From Escherichia phage moskry, in the sequence record MN850651.1: a stretch of 64,000 bases of DNA; one strand, 5' to 3'. The position numbers and the translations under genes were made by a program. This document shows positions 1 to 11,774 of the stretch, one piece after another; position 1 is the stretch's first letter; each line of letters begins with the position of its first letter. A model generated the notes under the pieces. The model saw nothing but the letters and a program-made list of their open reading frames with translations, was not told the DNA's origin and searched no databases.

Positions 1-1944
1 CTTAATGACGACCCGAGGACCACTCCTATTGTCGATTCTGCTGATAAGGGTGTTTACGTTCTAGACCATGATGCTGGCACATTTAAACGTGTGTTTGGTA
101 ATACTGAAGAAGAACGCCGTCGTATTGAACCTGGGTACACCAGTATGTCTACTGATGGTGTTGAGTTATCTATTTCATCTAGTAATTTTAAATTTTTAGA
201 ATCAGATATTGTTGATGACCCAAAAACACAAATCAAGTACGGTTTAATCGGTGCTGTTAAATATGAGTATCCTCGCGAATGGTTGGCTGATAAACATTAT
301 CATATGATGGCATTTATTTCAACTGAAGACTCTCAATGGGAATCGTTCACTCCACAACCGATGGAATACTACGCCGAGCCATTCTTTAGTTATTCTAGAA
401 AGTCTGGTACTCGATGTTGGATTAATAACTCAGACAAGGCCGTTGTAATTTATTCTGATTTACTTTACACTAAGGTTATTGAGAATCATCCACTTAGTTC
501 TTCAGACCGTGAAGTTCATGAATATTGGAAAGACGGTGACTGTACAATAGTGATGCCTAACGTAGATTTCACCGGATTTAAAAAATATGCATCCGGCATG
601 ATTTTCTATAAATCATCAGGTGAGATTATTTCTTATTATGATTTTAGTTATCGTGTTAGAGATAATGTTTCTATAATTTGGAAGCCTACTAATATATTCT
701 TAACAGCATCGTTACAAAACCAAGAAAAAGATACCACATGGACTCCTGTAGAAGAGAACGGTATTGCAGACCCAGATTTACGACCATTGCTCACTACAAT
801 GATGCCGGAGTCTTATCTTTTAGATAATACAAACTTCGAAGCATTCTGCGAGGCTTATATTCAGTATCTTTCTGACGGTTATGGGACCCATTATAACAAC
901 CTTTTGAATCTTATTAAAAATCAGTATCCGCGAGAAGAACATGCGTGGGAATATTTATGGTCCGAGATTTATAAACGAAACATTTACTTAAACGCCGAAA
1001 AACGCGATTTAGTGTCTCGTTTCTTTGAATCAAGAAGTTATGACTTCTATTCAACTAAAGGAACTGAAGCATCATATAAATTCTTGTTTAAAGTGCTTTA
1101 TAACGAAGATGTTGAAATTGAAATTGAATCTAGTTCTGGGACCGAATATGATATCATCATTGAATCTGATTCGCTGACAGAAGATTTGGTCGGACAAACC
1201 ATATACACCGCGACAGGACGTTGTAATGTGACGTATATCGAGAGAAGTTACTCTAAAGGTAAATTACAATGGACTGTAACAATTCACAACCTCTTAGGAC
1301 GTTTAATCCAAGGACAGGAAGTTAAAGCTGAAAGACTCCCTGGTTTTGAAGGTGAAATTGTTCGTGGTATTAAAGGTAAAGAGCTTTCTCAGAACAACAT
1401 CGATTACATAAATCGTGGTAGAGCATACTACGTAATGAAGATTAAATCTAAACTTCCATCATCTCGTTGGAAATCAGACGTATTACGTTTTGTTCATCCG
1501 GTTGGATTTGGATTTATCGCAATTACCCTTCTCACAATGTTTATTAACACCGGATTAACACTTAAACATGTTGAAACCATTATTAATAAATACAAAAACT
1601 ATAAGTGGGATTCTGGATTACCGACTAAATATGCAGACCGAGTGGCTAAATTAGACCCACAAGGAAATGTTGAGTTTGACCCTATTACAGGTAAAGCGAT
1701 ATATGAAATAGGCCCTATGGCTGGTCAAGATTATCCATTACCTGAAGATTATAACGCTGAAAACAATAACTCCATATTTCAAGGTCAACTTCCATCGGAA
1801 CGACGTAAACTGATGAGCCCATTATTTGATGCGTCCGGAACAACATTCTCTAGATTTAGAGATTTGGTTGAACAGCGGTTAATCGATAATGTAGGAAATC
1901 CAAGAGACCCCGTGAATCCACCACAGGTTAAATTAGATGAATGA
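1..1944 (+). CDS. 7: Baseplate wedge protein gp7, 3' portion (5' end lies outside the window)
   Basis: Frame is open from nt 1; ORF ends at 1944 and is followed by gp8-gp12 in T4 order. Confidence 0.85.
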   Translation, partial: LNDDPRTTPIVDSADKGVYVLDHDAGTFKRVFGNTEEERRRIEPGYTSMSTDGVELSISSSNFKFLESDIVDDPKTQIKYGLIGAVKYEYPREWLADKHYHMMAFISTEDSQWESFTPQPMEYYAEPFFSYSRKSGTRCWINNSDKAVVIYSDLLYTKVIENHPLSSSDREVHEYWKDGDCTIVMPNVDFTGFKKYASGMIFYKSSGEIISYYDFSYRVRDNVSIIWKPTNIFLTASLQNQEKDTTWTPVEENGIADPDLRPLLTTMMPESYLLDNTNFEAFCEAYIQYLSDGYGTHYNNLLNLIKNQYPREEHAWEYLWSEIYKRNIYLNAEKRDLVSRFFESRSYDFYSTKGTEASYKFLFKVLYNEDVEIEIESSSGTEYDIIIESDSLTEDLVGQTIYTATGRCNVTYIERSYSKGKLQWTVTIHNLLGRLIQGQEVKAERLPGFEGEIVRGIKGKELSQNNIDYINRGRAYYVMKIKSKLPSSRWKSDVLRFVHPVGFGFIAITLLTMFINTGLTLKHVETIINKYKNYKWDSGLPTKYADRVAKLDPQGNVEFDPITGKAIYEIGPMAGQDYPLPEDYNAENNNSIFQGQLPSERRKLMSPLFDASGTTFSRFRDLVEQRLIDNVGNPRDPVNPPQVKLDE

Positions 1945-2941
1945 TTCAAGTGTTATCTATCGTGCAATAGTTACATCAAAATTTAGAACAGAGAAAATGC
2001 TGAATTTTTATAATTCAGTTGGGGATGGAGATGATAAGAACTCCATTTATATTACGTTTGGACGTTCAGAGCCTTGGGCGTCAAATGAAAATGAGGTGGG
2101 CTTCGCCCCACCTTATCCTACAGATTCTGTTCTTGGTGTTACTGATATGTGGACCCACATGATGGGTACCGTTAAAGTTTTACCTTCAATGTTAGATTCT
2201 GTTATTCCTAGACGTGATTGGGGAGATGTGCGATATCCAGACCCTTACACGTTTAGAATTAACGATATAGTCGCATGTAATACTGCTCCGTACAACGCGA
2301 CAGAAGTTGGAGCCGGTTGGTTAATTTACCGTTGTTTAGATGTCCCTGACGTAGGGCTCTGTTCAATAGAATCTTTAGATAATAAAGATGAATGTCTTAA
2401 ATTGGGTGGTAAATGGACTCCGTCTGTTCGTTCTATGTCTCCTCCTGAAGGCAGAGGCGATGCTAATGGGGTTATCGAAACCGGTGATGGATATATTTGG
2501 GAATATCTTTATGAGATTCCTGCCGATGTGTCAATTAACCGTTGCACTAATGAATATCTTGTAGTTCCGTGGCCGGAAGAAATTAAAGAAGACCCCACCC
2601 GTTGGGGATATGAAAATAACTTAACTTGGCAACAAGACGACTACGGCTTGATTTATCGTGTTAAAGCTAATACAATGCGGTTTAAAGCATATTTTGATTC
2701 TGTTTATTTCCCTGAGGCAGCTTTGCCTGGTAACAAGGGATTTAGACAGATATCAATTATCGCAAACCCATTAGAAGCTAAGAAAAATCCAAATGACCCT
2801 AATGTTAAAGCAGAAAAGGATTATTACGACCCTAGAGACCTGCAACGTCATTCTGGTGAAATGATTTATATGGAAAACCGACCACCTGTTATTATGGCAA
2901 TGGACCAAACAGAAGAAATTAACATTTTGTTTATGTTTTAA
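1937..2941 (+). CDS. 8: Baseplate wedge protein gp8
   Basis: 334 aa, same length as T4 gp8 and near-identical to its remembered sequence (MNDSSVIYRAIVTSKFRTEK...). Confidence 0.9.
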   Translation: MNDSSVIYRAIVTSKFRTEKMLNFYNSVGDGDDKNSIYITFGRSEPWASNENEVGFAPPYPTDSVLGVTDMWTHMMGTVKVLPSMLDSVIPRRDWGDVRYPDPYTFRINDIVACNTAPYNATEVGAGWLIYRCLDVPDVGLCSIESLDNKDECLKLGGKWTPSVRSMSPPEGRGDANGVIETGDGYIWEYLYEIPADVSINRCTNEYLVVPWPEEIKEDPTRWGYENNLTWQQDDYGLIYRVKANTMRFKAYFDSVYFPEAALPGNKGFRQISIIANPLEAKKNPNDPNVKAEKDYYDPRDLQRHSGEMIYMENRPPVIMAMDQTEEINILFMF

Positions 2942-2944
2942 TTA

Positions 2945-2969
2945 GGGAGCCTTCGGGCTCCCATTTTTG
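2945..2969 (+). terminator. Intrinsic terminator after gene 8
   Basis: Hairpin GGGAGCcuucggGCUCCC followed by a T-run. Confidence 0.6.
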
Positions 2970-2973
2970 TGTC

Positions 2974-2981
2974 TATAAATA
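2974..2981 (+). promoter_or_regulatory. T4-type late promoter TATAAATA upstream of gene 9
   Basis: Exact TATAAATA about 30 nt upstream of the gp9 ATG. Confidence 0.7.
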
Positions 2982-3013
2982 GAATATAATATCGGACAAC
3001 AAAAGGCAGAATT

Positions 3014-3886
3014 ATGGCATTTTTTAAGCAAACTCCTAAACAATTAATCGATACCGGCGAAATTGGTAATGCCTCAACAGGTGATATCTTATTCGACGGT
3101 GGTAATAAAATAAATGACGATATCAACGCTATTTACAATGCATTTGGCGATCAACGTAAAATGGCCGTAGCAGATGGAACCGGACCTACAGGTCAAACTA
3201 TTCATGCCACAGGTTATTATCAAAAAGGAAAGGCGGTCGATTATCAAACTCCTATTAAACCAGGCACTATGCATGATATTGATGCTTCTGATGGTGGTGT
3301 GATTGTTATTATTGACCGTCCTGAATTAGGTGACTCCGTAGAATTCATAAACTCTAATGGGTCTATTTCTGTTAACAATCCTTTAAGTATCCAAGTAACT
3401 GATGGTTCAATTAAAGGTGTTCTTAATAATCTTGTTATTTCCACCCCTTATACCCATGTTGTTCTTCGTTGTGTTGAAATTAATGGGCCGACTTCAGTAT
3501 GGAATTATTCTACTGATAGCATGTTTGGGCAGAAAGAATCTCCTGTCGATGGGACTTGGAGTCTTACAGGAAACACAGTTTCTATTCCTCTGTTTTATCG
3601 CACAGATTATAACATGGCTAAATTGCTTGTTACATGTCAATCCGCTGACGGTAGAAAAATAAAAACATGTGAAATAAATATTCTAATAGATACAATTAAC
3701 TCAGAAGTTCTTTCTACCGAATTTGCAGTAATGCGAGTTGGTAATGTAGATGAAACCGACGAGATTGCTAATATTAGCTTTAGTATTATTAACAACTTTG
3801 CTACTATGACGATTACATCCGATATTATTGGATTACGTTCGGCAGTTAAAATTATCTCAACTCAGAAAATTGGGGTCGCTCAATAA
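3014..3886 (+). CDS. 9: Baseplate wedge / long tail fibre attachment protein gp9
   Basis: 290 aa; N-terminus LIDTGEIGNASTGDILFDGGNKIN matches T4 gp9; late promoter upstream. Confidence 0.9.
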   Translation: MAFFKQTPKQLIDTGEIGNASTGDILFDGGNKINDDINAIYNAFGDQRKMAVADGTGPTGQTIHATGYYQKGKAVDYQTPIKPGTMHDIDASDGGVIVIIDRPELGDSVEFINSNGSISVNNPLSIQVTDGSIKGVLNNLVISTPYTHVVLRCVEINGPTSVWNYSTDSMFGQKESPVDGTWSLTGNTVSIPLFYRTDYNMAKLLVTCQSADGRKIKTCEINILIDTINSEVLSTEFAVMRVGNVDETDEIANISFSIINNFATMTITSDIIGLRSAVKIISTQKIGVAQ

Positions 3887-5691
3887 TGAAACAAAATATT
3901 AAAATTGGTAACGTCGTTGATGACGGACAAGGCGATTACCTTCGTCGAGGTGGTGAAAAAATAAATGAGAACTTTGACGAAATCTATTATGAATTAGGTG
4001 ATGGTGAAGTTCCTTATGCCGCTGGTGCATGGAAGACTTATGATGCGGCTGATGGTCTTAATCTTAAGGCTGCTTGGGGTAAATCTTATGCAATTAATAC
4101 TACTTCTGGGCGAGTTTCGGTAAATCTTCCTAAAGGGACAATTGCAGACTATAATAAAGTTATTCGTGCCCGTGACGTATTTGCAACTTGGAACATTAAC
4201 CCTGTTACTTTAATTCCGGCAAACGGAGACACGATTAAAGGTTCTTCATCTCCGGTGGAAATTAACGTTCAGTTCTCTGATTTAGAATTAGTTTATTGTG
4301 CTCCTGGACGTTGGGAATACATCAAGAACAAACAAATTGACAAAATAGTTAGCTCTGACATTAGTAACGTTGCTCGTAGAGAATATCTGGTTGAAACCCA
4401 AGGTCAGACCGATTTCATGGATGTTTTTAACGGGACCTCTTATAACGTTAACAACATTCGCGTAAAACATCGTGGCAACGAATTGTACTATGGTGATGTA
4501 TTCAGTGATAACAGTGATTTTGGTTCTCCAGGCGCTAATCCTGGTGAACTGGTTGCACTCGATGGATTTAATATTAGATTACGCCAACCGTGTAATGTTG
4601 GGGACACTGTACAAATTGAGACATTCCTAGATGGTGTTTCTCAGTGGCGTAGTTCATATACTCGTCGCCAAGTTCGCATTTTAGATAGTAAATTGACTGC
4701 TAAAAAGTCTATTGACGGAAGTATTTACGTCACTGATTTGAGTACGTTCCGGTCTATTCCATTTACAGCATTTGGTATTAATCCTACGGAACCACCTAAC
4801 CCTAATTCGTTAGAAGTTCGCTTCAATGGTATTCTCCAAGAATTAGCTGGTACTGTTGGAACTCCTATTTTCCGTTGTGAAGGTGTGGATGCTGATTCTG
4901 AAGAGTCATGCGCTAATCTCGGTGGGACGTGGACTCAATCGTATACAGATTATGCGATTGAATATACTGATAATATCCCTAGCGCAATTCTGTTTGACCG
5001 TCAATTTGAAGACCAAGACATTATTACCATCACATGGTTTAATAACGATTTAGGAACTCTTCTTGAAATGGAAGAAATCCTTGATGTCGCTGATGAGAAA
5101 TATGTTTCTCAAGGGTCTAACATTGAAATTACTGGTGACGTTGCATTAACCGATTTCGATAAAATTGGATGGCCTAATGTAGAACCTGTTCCTAAGTATG
5201 AACGTGAATTCTCGACTATCTCAGCAATATTTGATACAATTTATCCTGTCGGGACTATTTACGAAAATGCGGTTAACCCTAATAATCCGGCAACTTATTT
5301 AGGTTTTGGTTTGTGGAAAATTTGGGGACAAGGCAAAGTATTAGCAGGTTGGAATGACGACGCATCCGATCCTAATTTTGCATTAAATAATAATGACCTT
5401 GACGTCAATGGTAACCCTACTCATACCGCAGGTGGTACCGTTGGTGTAACAACCATCACATTAGAAAATGCTGATTTACCAGCTACACAAACCGATGAAA
5501 AGGTTCTTATTTCTGATGATAATGGTACAGTAATTATAGGCGGTTGCCAATATGACCCGGATGAAGAAGGTCCTATTTACACTAAATATCGTGAAGACCA
5601 TGCAAAGACTAATGGATCTCATGTTCCAGCGCGTTCTATAACTAATATTCAGCCATCTATAACTGTATACCGTTGGGTAAGGATTGCATAA
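3886..5691 (+). CDS. 10: Baseplate wedge protein gp10
   Basis: 601 aa (T4 gp10 is 602 aa); position between gp9 and gp11. Confidence 0.9.
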   Translation: MKQNIKIGNVVDDGQGDYLRRGGEKINENFDEIYYELGDGEVPYAAGAWKTYDAADGLNLKAAWGKSYAINTTSGRVSVNLPKGTIADYNKVIRARDVFATWNINPVTLIPANGDTIKGSSSPVEINVQFSDLELVYCAPGRWEYIKNKQIDKIVSSDISNVARREYLVETQGQTDFMDVFNGTSYNVNNIRVKHRGNELYYGDVFSDNSDFGSPGANPGELVALDGFNIRLRQPCNVGDTVQIETFLDGVSQWRSSYTRRQVRILDSKLTAKKSIDGSIYVTDLSTFRSIPFTAFGINPTEPPNPNSLEVRFNGILQELAGTVGTPIFRCEGVDADSEESCANLGGTWTQSYTDYAIEYTDNIPSAILFDRQFEDQDIITITWFNNDLGTLLEMEEILDVADEKYVSQGSNIEITGDVALTDFDKIGWPNVEPVPKYEREFSTISAIFDTIYPVGTIYENAVNPNNPATYLGFGLWKIWGQGKVLAGWNDDASDPNFALNNNDLDVNGNPTHTAGGTVGVTTITLENADLPATQTDEKVLISDDNGTVIIGGCQYDPDEEGPIYTKYREDHAKTNGSHVPARSITNIQPSITVYRWVRIA

Positions 5692-6350
5692 TGACTGTAC
5701 TTAATACAAAGGCGGGAGTTATTTCCCGTCATGCTGATTTTTTGAATTACAGAAAAAATCCAGCTCAAATTGATGTTTTAAACAACCAAGCTGTAGGTTC
5801 CGTGACTATTTCTCAGTTAGCTCGCGGTTTTTATGATGCTAACGTAGAATCTGCAATAAATGATGTCCATAATATGGCACGAGCTGATATTGGTACTGTT
5901 GTCACAAACACTTCAGGCGTATCGCCTGAAGGTACAGCACAAGTTGATTATTGGACTTTTTCTGGTGATGTTCTCGACGATACTTTGACCACTGGAACGC
6001 CAGTCGTTATTAACGTATTTGGACTTGCTGTTAAAGCAACAATCGGTATGACTGATAACGAATTAACGGCACAAGTTCGTATAGCTTTACAAGAAGCCAT
6101 TGCTAATCAAATCGCTATTTCTTCTTATAAAGACCATCCATCCGAAGGTAATAAACTTCAGGTGACATATTTAGATAACCAACGTCATGTGTTGCCAACA
6201 TATGCTTCGTTTGGTGTAACAATTTCGCAAGAAATTTTGTCTGAAGCAAAATCCGGATACGGAACATGGAATTTATTAGGTGCCCAAACGGTTACTCTTG
6301 ATAACCATGATACTCCTACCGTTTTCTACCACTTTGTGAGAGCCTCATGA
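5691..6350 (+). CDS. 11: Baseplate wedge / short tail fibre attachment protein gp11
   Basis: Start moved to the ATG overlapping the gp10 stop (TAATG); 219 aa as in T4 gp11; ends ...TVFYHF like T4. Confidence 0.9.
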   Translation: MTVLNTKAGVISRHADFLNYRKNPAQIDVLNNQAVGSVTISQLARGFYDANVESAINDVHNMARADIGTVVTNTSGVSPEGTAQVDYWTFSGDVLDDTLTTGTPVVINVFGLAVKATIGMTDNELTAQVRIALQEAIANQIAISSYKDHPSEGNKLQVTYLDNQRHVLPTYASFGVTISQEILSEAKSGYGTWNLLGAQTVTLDNHDTPTVFYHFVRAS

Positions 6351-7930
6351 GTAATAACAATACATACCAACACGTTTCAAATGAATCTATTTACGTTGAA
6401 TTCGACCCTACTGGGTCGAATTTTCCAGATACAGTCACTAATGTCCAAGCCGCATTAGCTGCTATTTCTCCTTCAGGTGTTAATGGCGTACCGGAAGCAA
6501 CAACTACTACACCTGGAATTATTCAAATAGCCACTCCACAAGAAGTTATTGATGGATTAGATAATAGTAAAGCTGTTACTCCGGCATCACTGAATGCTCG
6601 TCTACAATATCCTAATGCAACCGAAACTCAATATGGTTTAACTCGTTATGCTACTGAAGATGAAGCAGTAGCCGGAGCTATTGACGATGCATCAATTACT
6701 CCGCTTAAATTGAATCAAAAAATAGACAATGTATTCCAGACAAAAGTATCAACAGAAGCAACAAATGGTGTAATTAAAATTTCAACTTCTGCTGCGGCAT
6801 TAGCTGGTTCTGACGATACAACGGCAATGACCCCGTTAAAAACACAACAATTAGCAATTAAACTTATTTCACAAATTGCTCCAAATAATGGTGACGCCAC
6901 CGAATCTATTACCGGTGTTGTTCGTTTGGCTACAGTTGCTCAAGCACAACAAGGCACCCTGCGTGAAGGCTATGCAATTTCACCTTATACCTTTATGAAT
7001 TCAGTAGCATCAGAAACTAATAAAGGTGTCGTTAAACTAGGGACACAGACTGAAGTAAATAGTAACAACTCTTCAGTTGTAGTGACTGGCGCAACATTAA
7101 ACGGGCGTGGGGCTACAACTTCTTTACGTGGAGTTGTTCGTTTAACTACACAAGCGGGTAGCCAATCAGGTGGTGATGGTTCTTCTGCCCTTGCTTGGAA
7201 TGCTGATGTTATCCACCAACGAGGTGGACAAACTATTAATGGCACGCTTCGCATTAATAATACGTTGACGGTTGGTTCTGGTGGAGCTAATATAACTGGT
7301 AATGTCAATATGACTGGTGGTTATATTCAAGGCAATCGTATTGTGACTCAAAATGAATTAGACCGAATTCTTCCAGTTGGCGCTATTACAATGTGGGCTG
7401 CAGATAGTTTACCGAGTTCTGACTGGCGCTTCTGTCACGGTGGGACCGTTTCTGCTTCAGAATGTCCGGTATATGCTTCCAGAATTGGGACACGATATGG
7501 TGGTAGTTCTTCTAACCCAGGCTTGCCTGATATGCGTGGATTATTTGTTCGCGGCTCAGGTCGTGGTAACCATTTAACTAACCCTAATGTTAATGGTAAT
7601 GACCAATTCGGTAAGCCTCGTCTGGCGGTAGGTTGTACCGGTGGATATGTTGGTGAGGTGCAAAAACAACAGATGTCATATCATAAGCATGCTGGCGGTT
7701 TTGGTGAACATGACGATGCAGGAGCATTCGGTAATACTCGTCGTTCAAACTTTGTTGGTACTCGTAAAGGACTTGACTGGGATAACCGTTCGTATTTTAC
7801 TAACGATGGATATGAAATTGATCCAGCGTCTCAGCGTAACTCTAAATATACCCTGAATCGTCCTGAATTAATTGGAAATGAAACACGTCCATGGAACATT
7901 TCTTTAAACTATATCATTAAGGTAAAATAA
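6347..7930 (+). CDS. 12: Short tail fibre protein gp12
   Basis: 527 aa, same as T4 gp12; synteny. Confidence 0.9.
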   Translation: MSNNNTYQHVSNESIYVEFDPTGSNFPDTVTNVQAALAAISPSGVNGVPEATTTTPGIIQIATPQEVIDGLDNSKAVTPASLNARLQYPNATETQYGLTRYATEDEAVAGAIDDASITPLKLNQKIDNVFQTKVSTEATNGVIKISTSAAALAGSDDTTAMTPLKTQQLAIKLISQIAPNNGDATESITGVVRLATVAQAQQGTLREGYAISPYTFMNSVASETNKGVVKLGTQTEVNSNNSSVVVTGATLNGRGATTSLRGVVRLTTQAGSQSGGDGSSALAWNADVIHQRGGQTINGTLRINNTLTVGSGGANITGNVNMTGGYIQGNRIVTQNELDRILPVGAITMWAADSLPSSDWRFCHGGTVSASECPVYASRIGTRYGGSSSNPGLPDMRGLFVRGSGRGNHLTNPNVNGNDQFGKPRLAVGCTGGYVGEVQKQQMSYHKHAGGFGEHDDAGAFGNTRRSNFVGTRKGLDWDNRSYFTNDGYEIDPASQRNSKYTLNRPELIGNETRPWNISLNYIIKVK

Positions 7931-9378
7931 TGGCTGATATAACTCTGGTAGATTTACCATATGTTGACGGCCCGCCAGACGCGGGTCAGAGTCGTATTGA
8001 ATGGATTAAAAACGATGAAGAAATAACAGGTGCTGACACAAAATACGGTTCTGAAGGTGTAATGAACCGTCCTATTGTTGAAGTTCAACGTAACGTAGAA
8101 GCGTTAGATGTTAATATTAAAACTATAGCATCTTCTTTGAATACGGCCAATGAAGATATCAAAGTTATTCAAGGTATTTTAGATGTTTCTGGGGATGTTG
8201 ATGCTCTTTCACAGATAGGTCAGAACACCCAAGATATCGATGTCATTAAAGTCACAGTTCAAACCCATGCCAGTGAATTGAATGATTTGAATGAACATAT
8301 TGATGCGAATACTGATGATATTGGTGTTTATAATCAGGAAACAGATTCAGTTTATAGAACGGTTCGTAACGACCTGCTTTGGATTAAAAATGAATTAGGA
8401 CAATATACCGGTCAAGATATTAATGGGGTTCCTACTCCAGGAAATGATAGCACTGGTATGAAACGCCGTATTATGACTAATAGCTCCGTAATTGTTGACC
8501 ACGGTGTTCGTTTAACCGATTTAGAAACTAAATTTGCTGATTCTGACGTCGGCTCTTTAACTATTGAAGTCGAACACTTGCGCGAAGAAATGGGACCTCG
8601 CACTTCTTTCACTACTCCAGTGTTTAGTCGTCTTTCCAGTATTGATTTAACTTTATCGCGTCAAAATGCTGACTTGGATGGCATTAAACAGTCTATTGGG
8701 TATCCTAATACGACTTCTATTATTACTACAACTAATGCGAATAGTTCAGCAATAAACGACATTAATCTTGAGCTCAATCAATCAGGCGGTATTAAACCTC
8801 GTTTGACTACAGTAGAAACTGCCATTGGCGCCGATGATTTGCCTACTACAATCCAAGGACGTATTAAACTCAATACTGATGCTATCGGAGCATTGAATAC
8901 TGTTGTCGGCTCTGATTCTTCGTCAGGATTGCGTTTTAATGTGTCATGGTTAAATAACGTAGTTGGTGTTGACGCTTCAGGTGGGAAACCGGAACCAGAC
9001 GGCTCTTTGCTTTATCGTACTCGAGAGCTTGAAGGAACTATCGGTGGGCTGAGTAATGACATTCAGAACATTCAAACTGATGTTGGGACTAATTCCACAG
9101 GAATTAAGGGTTCTGTAAACACATTAAATACTCTTATAAATGGCACCAACCCAAATGGTTCGACTGTTGAAGAACGCGGTATATTGCCTACAGTTAAAAG
9201 TCATGATACGACAATTAATGGTTTAACTTCTAGAATTGCTACTCTTGAAACTGATTTGGCCGCTGCAGAAGCTGAAATCCAAACTCTTAAGGACGCTGGA
9301 TATATTGAAGATGCTCCTTCAGACGGTAAATTCTATGTTCGCAAAGATGGTGCATGGGTTGAACTTCCTACAGCTTAA
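7930..9378 (+). CDS. wac: Fibritin (whisker antigen control)
   Basis: 482 aa; N-terminus LPYVDGPPDAGQSRIEWIKN and C-terminal foldon GYIEDAPSDGKFYVRKDGAWVEL. Confidence 0.9.
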   Translation: MADITLVDLPYVDGPPDAGQSRIEWIKNDEEITGADTKYGSEGVMNRPIVEVQRNVEALDVNIKTIASSLNTANEDIKVIQGILDVSGDVDALSQIGQNTQDIDVIKVTVQTHASELNDLNEHIDANTDDIGVYNQETDSVYRTVRNDLLWIKNELGQYTGQDINGVPTPGNDSTGMKRRIMTNSSVIVDHGVRLTDLETKFADSDVGSLTIEVEHLREEMGPRTSFTTPVFSRLSSIDLTLSRQNADLDGIKQSIGYPNTTSIITTTNANSSAINDINLELNQSGGIKPRLTTVETAIGADDLPTTIQGRIKLNTDAIGALNTVVGSDSSSGLRFNVSWLNNVVGVDASGGKPEPDGSLLYRTRELEGTIGGLSNDIQNIQTDVGTNSTGIKGSVNTLNTLINGTNPNGSTVEERGILPTVKSHDTTINGLTSRIATLETDLAAAEAEIQTLKDAGYIEDAPSDGKFYVRKDGAWVELPTA

Positions 9379-9410
9379 TGAAAAGGGCCTTCGGGCCCTA
9401 AAGGATTTAT

Positions 9411-10337
9411 ATGTCAGGTTATAATGCACAAAACCCTAAAGAATTAAAGGATGTAATATTACGTCGTTTAGGCGCTCCTATTGTAAATGTTGAATTAACT
9501 ACAGACCAAATTTATGATTGTATTTCACGAGCGTTAGAACTTTATGGCGAATACCATTTTGACGGGTTGAATAAAGGTTTCCATGTATTTTTTGTTGATG
9601 ACGAAGAAAAATACCGTCACGGCGTATTTGATATGCGTGGTTCTAACGTATTTGCTGTAACAAGAATTATAAGAACAAACGTTGGCTCTATTACTTCAAT
9701 GGATGGTAATGCAACTTATCCATGGTTCACTGATTTCCTTTTAGGAATGGCAGGTGTTTCAGGTGGTATGGGTAGTAATTGTGGTAAATTCTACGGCCCG
9801 AACGCTTTTGGCGCTGACCTCGGGTATTATTCTCAATTAGTATCTTATATGGGTATGCTTCAAGATATGATTGCTCCTCTTCCAGATTTTTGGTTTAACT
9901 CTGCAAACGAGCAATTAAAAGTAATGGGTAACTTTAGACAGAAAGATGTCATTATCGTTGAATCGTACGTTCGCTCTTATATCGAGACCCATAAGATGGT
10001 AGGAAATACAGTAGGGTACGGTCAGGTCGGTCCTCGTGATTCATGGTCTATTTCTGAACGTTATGATAATCCAGACCATAATTTGGTCGGACGTCGAGTT
10101 GGTGAAGATCCTGCAACTAAACAAGGCGCATATAACAACCGCTGGGTTAAAGATTATGCAACTGCATTAGCTAAAGAGCTTAATGGACAAATTCTTGCTA
10201 AACATCAAGGTATGATGTTACCGGGTGGCGTCACTGTTGATGGTGTTCGATTAATTGAAGAAGCTCGTTTAGAGAAAGAAGCTTTACGAGAAGAGTTATA
10301 TTTACTGGACCCTCCTGCAGGTATTTTGGTAGGTTAA
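9411..10337 (+). CDS. 13: Neck protein gp13
   Basis: 308 aa (T4 gp13 is 309 aa); synteny after wac. Confidence 0.85.
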   Translation: MSGYNAQNPKELKDVILRRLGAPIVNVELTTDQIYDCISRALELYGEYHFDGLNKGFHVFFVDDEEKYRHGVFDMRGSNVFAVTRIIRTNVGSITSMDGNATYPWFTDFLLGMAGVSGGMGSNCGKFYGPNAFGADLGYYSQLVSYMGMLQDMIAPLPDFWFNSANEQLKVMGNFRQKDVIIVESYVRSYIETHKMVGNTVGYGQVGPRDSWSISERYDNPDHNLVGRRVGEDPATKQGAYNNRWVKDYATALAKELNGQILAKHQGMMLPGGVTVDGVRLIEEARLEKEALREELYLLDPPAGILVG

Positions 10338-10338
10338 T

Positions 10339-10974
10339 ATGGCAACATACTACAGATTGTATATTACAACATTTGAAACATCCACCGGTATAAAGATTTA
10401 TGGTGGTAAACACAAATCAGTTTACGAAGACCCTTCAAAAGACCCTTATACTGGGTCTGGTACCTTTATACGAAGGGCCAAAAGAAAATACGGTCCGTCT
10501 TGTATAAAAGAAATTATATGGTCTAAGCCATTTGAATCTAAAGCTCTAATGGATGAAGCTGAAGAGTTACTGGTAGATGAATTATCCATTTTAGAAAATT
10601 GCGCAAATCTTGTTAAAGGTGGTGCAGGCGGAAGGTCGTATATTAACCCAGAAGATAATCCATCTATAGGACAAAAACGTTCAGTCCAAACTAAAAAGAA
10701 AATGTCTGACGCCGCAAAATCAAGAAAATGGACTGAAGAAGGGTTAAGAAAACGTAAAGAATCTACAGCAAGAATGTGGAAAGATTTCAAACATAGACAT
10801 CCTGATTTTTCTGGTTCAAAAAATCCAGCAGCTCGAAAAGTTAGTGTAAATGGTAAAATATTTAACACCTGCAAAGAATGTGGTGAAGAATTTAATATCA
10901 CATCAAGCGCGGTTATAGGCCGATGCAAAAACAACAAACCTAAATGGGCAGGATGGAATTATGTCGACGTATAA
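10339..10974 (+). CDS. Putative Seg-like GIY-YIG homing endonuclease inserted between genes 13 and 14
   Basis: N-terminal degenerate GIY-YIG-like motif ([18 protein letters not shown]); basic middle region with NUMOD-like repeats; C-terminal [22 protein letters not shown] resembles the I-TevI/Seg DNA-binding module; T4 has no gene here. Confidence 0.55.
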   Translation: MATYYRLYITTFETSTGIKIYGGKHKSVYEDPSKDPYTGSGTFIRRAKRKYGPSCIKEIIWSKPFESKALMDEAEELLVDELSILENCANLVKGGAGGRSYINPEDNPSIGQKRSVQTKKKMSDAAKSRKWTEEGLRKRKESTARMWKDFKHRHPDFSGSKNPAARKVSVNGKIFNTCKECGEEFNITSSAVIGRCKNNKPKWAGWNYVDV

Positions 10975-11725
10975 TTCAAATTTATTTGCAAAGTTAGAAA
11001 ACCGAGAAGGCTATTCTAAAACTAATGAAACCGAGATTTTAAACAAATACGTGAACTTCAACAAATACGAAAATAGTCAGACATTAGCCGATGTTCTAGT
11101 GGCAGAAAGCATACAGATGCGCGGTATTGAATGTTTTTATGTTCCACGTGAATATGTTGCCGTGGACCTTATCTTTGGTGAGGACCTTAAAAATAAATTT
11201 ACTAAAGCATGGAAATTTGCGGCATATCTGAACTCATTTGAAGGTTATGAAGGAGCGAAATCGTTCTTCAGCAACTTCGGAATGCAAGTTCAAGACGAAG
11301 TTACATTATCTATTAACCCGGGTCTTTTCAAACACCAGGTCAACAATCAGGAGCCCAAGGAAGGTGATTTAATATACTTCCCAATGGACAACAGTTTGTT
11401 TGAGATTAACTGGGTTGAACCATATGACCCATTCTATCAAGTAGGTAAAAATGCGATTCGTAAAATTACTGCAGGCAAGTTTATTTACTCTGGCGAAGAA
11501 ATCAATCCGGTGCTTCAGAAAAATGAAGGTATCAATATACCTGAATTTAGTGACTTGGAACTTAACCCTGTTAGAAATCTTGACGGTATCCATGACATTA
11601 ATATCGATGAATATTCTGAAGTTGAGCAAATCAATTCAGAGGCAAGTGAATACGTTGAGCCGTATGTAGTAGTTAACAACCGTGGTAGACAAAATTCACC
11701 ATTTGACGATGGGTTTATGAATTAA
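10961..11725 (+). CDS. 14: Neck protein gp14
   Basis: 254 aa; [15 protein letters not shown] matches T4 gp14. Confidence 0.85.
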   Translation: MSTYNSNLFAKLENREGYSKTNETEILNKYVNFNKYENSQTLADVLVAESIQMRGIECFYVPREYVAVDLIFGEDLKNKFTKAWKFAAYLNSFEGYEGAKSFFSNFGMQVQDEVTLSINPGLFKHQVNNQEPKEGDLIYFPMDNSLFEINWVEPYDPFYQVGKNAIRKITAGKFIYSGEEINPVLQKNEGINIPEFSDLELNPVRNLDGIHDINIDEYSEVEQINSEASEYVEPYVVVNNRGRQNSPFDDGFMN

Positions 11726-11774
11726 TAAATAGATAAGATAAAGCAAACACCGGTCGAAAGGCCGGTTAGGAGAA

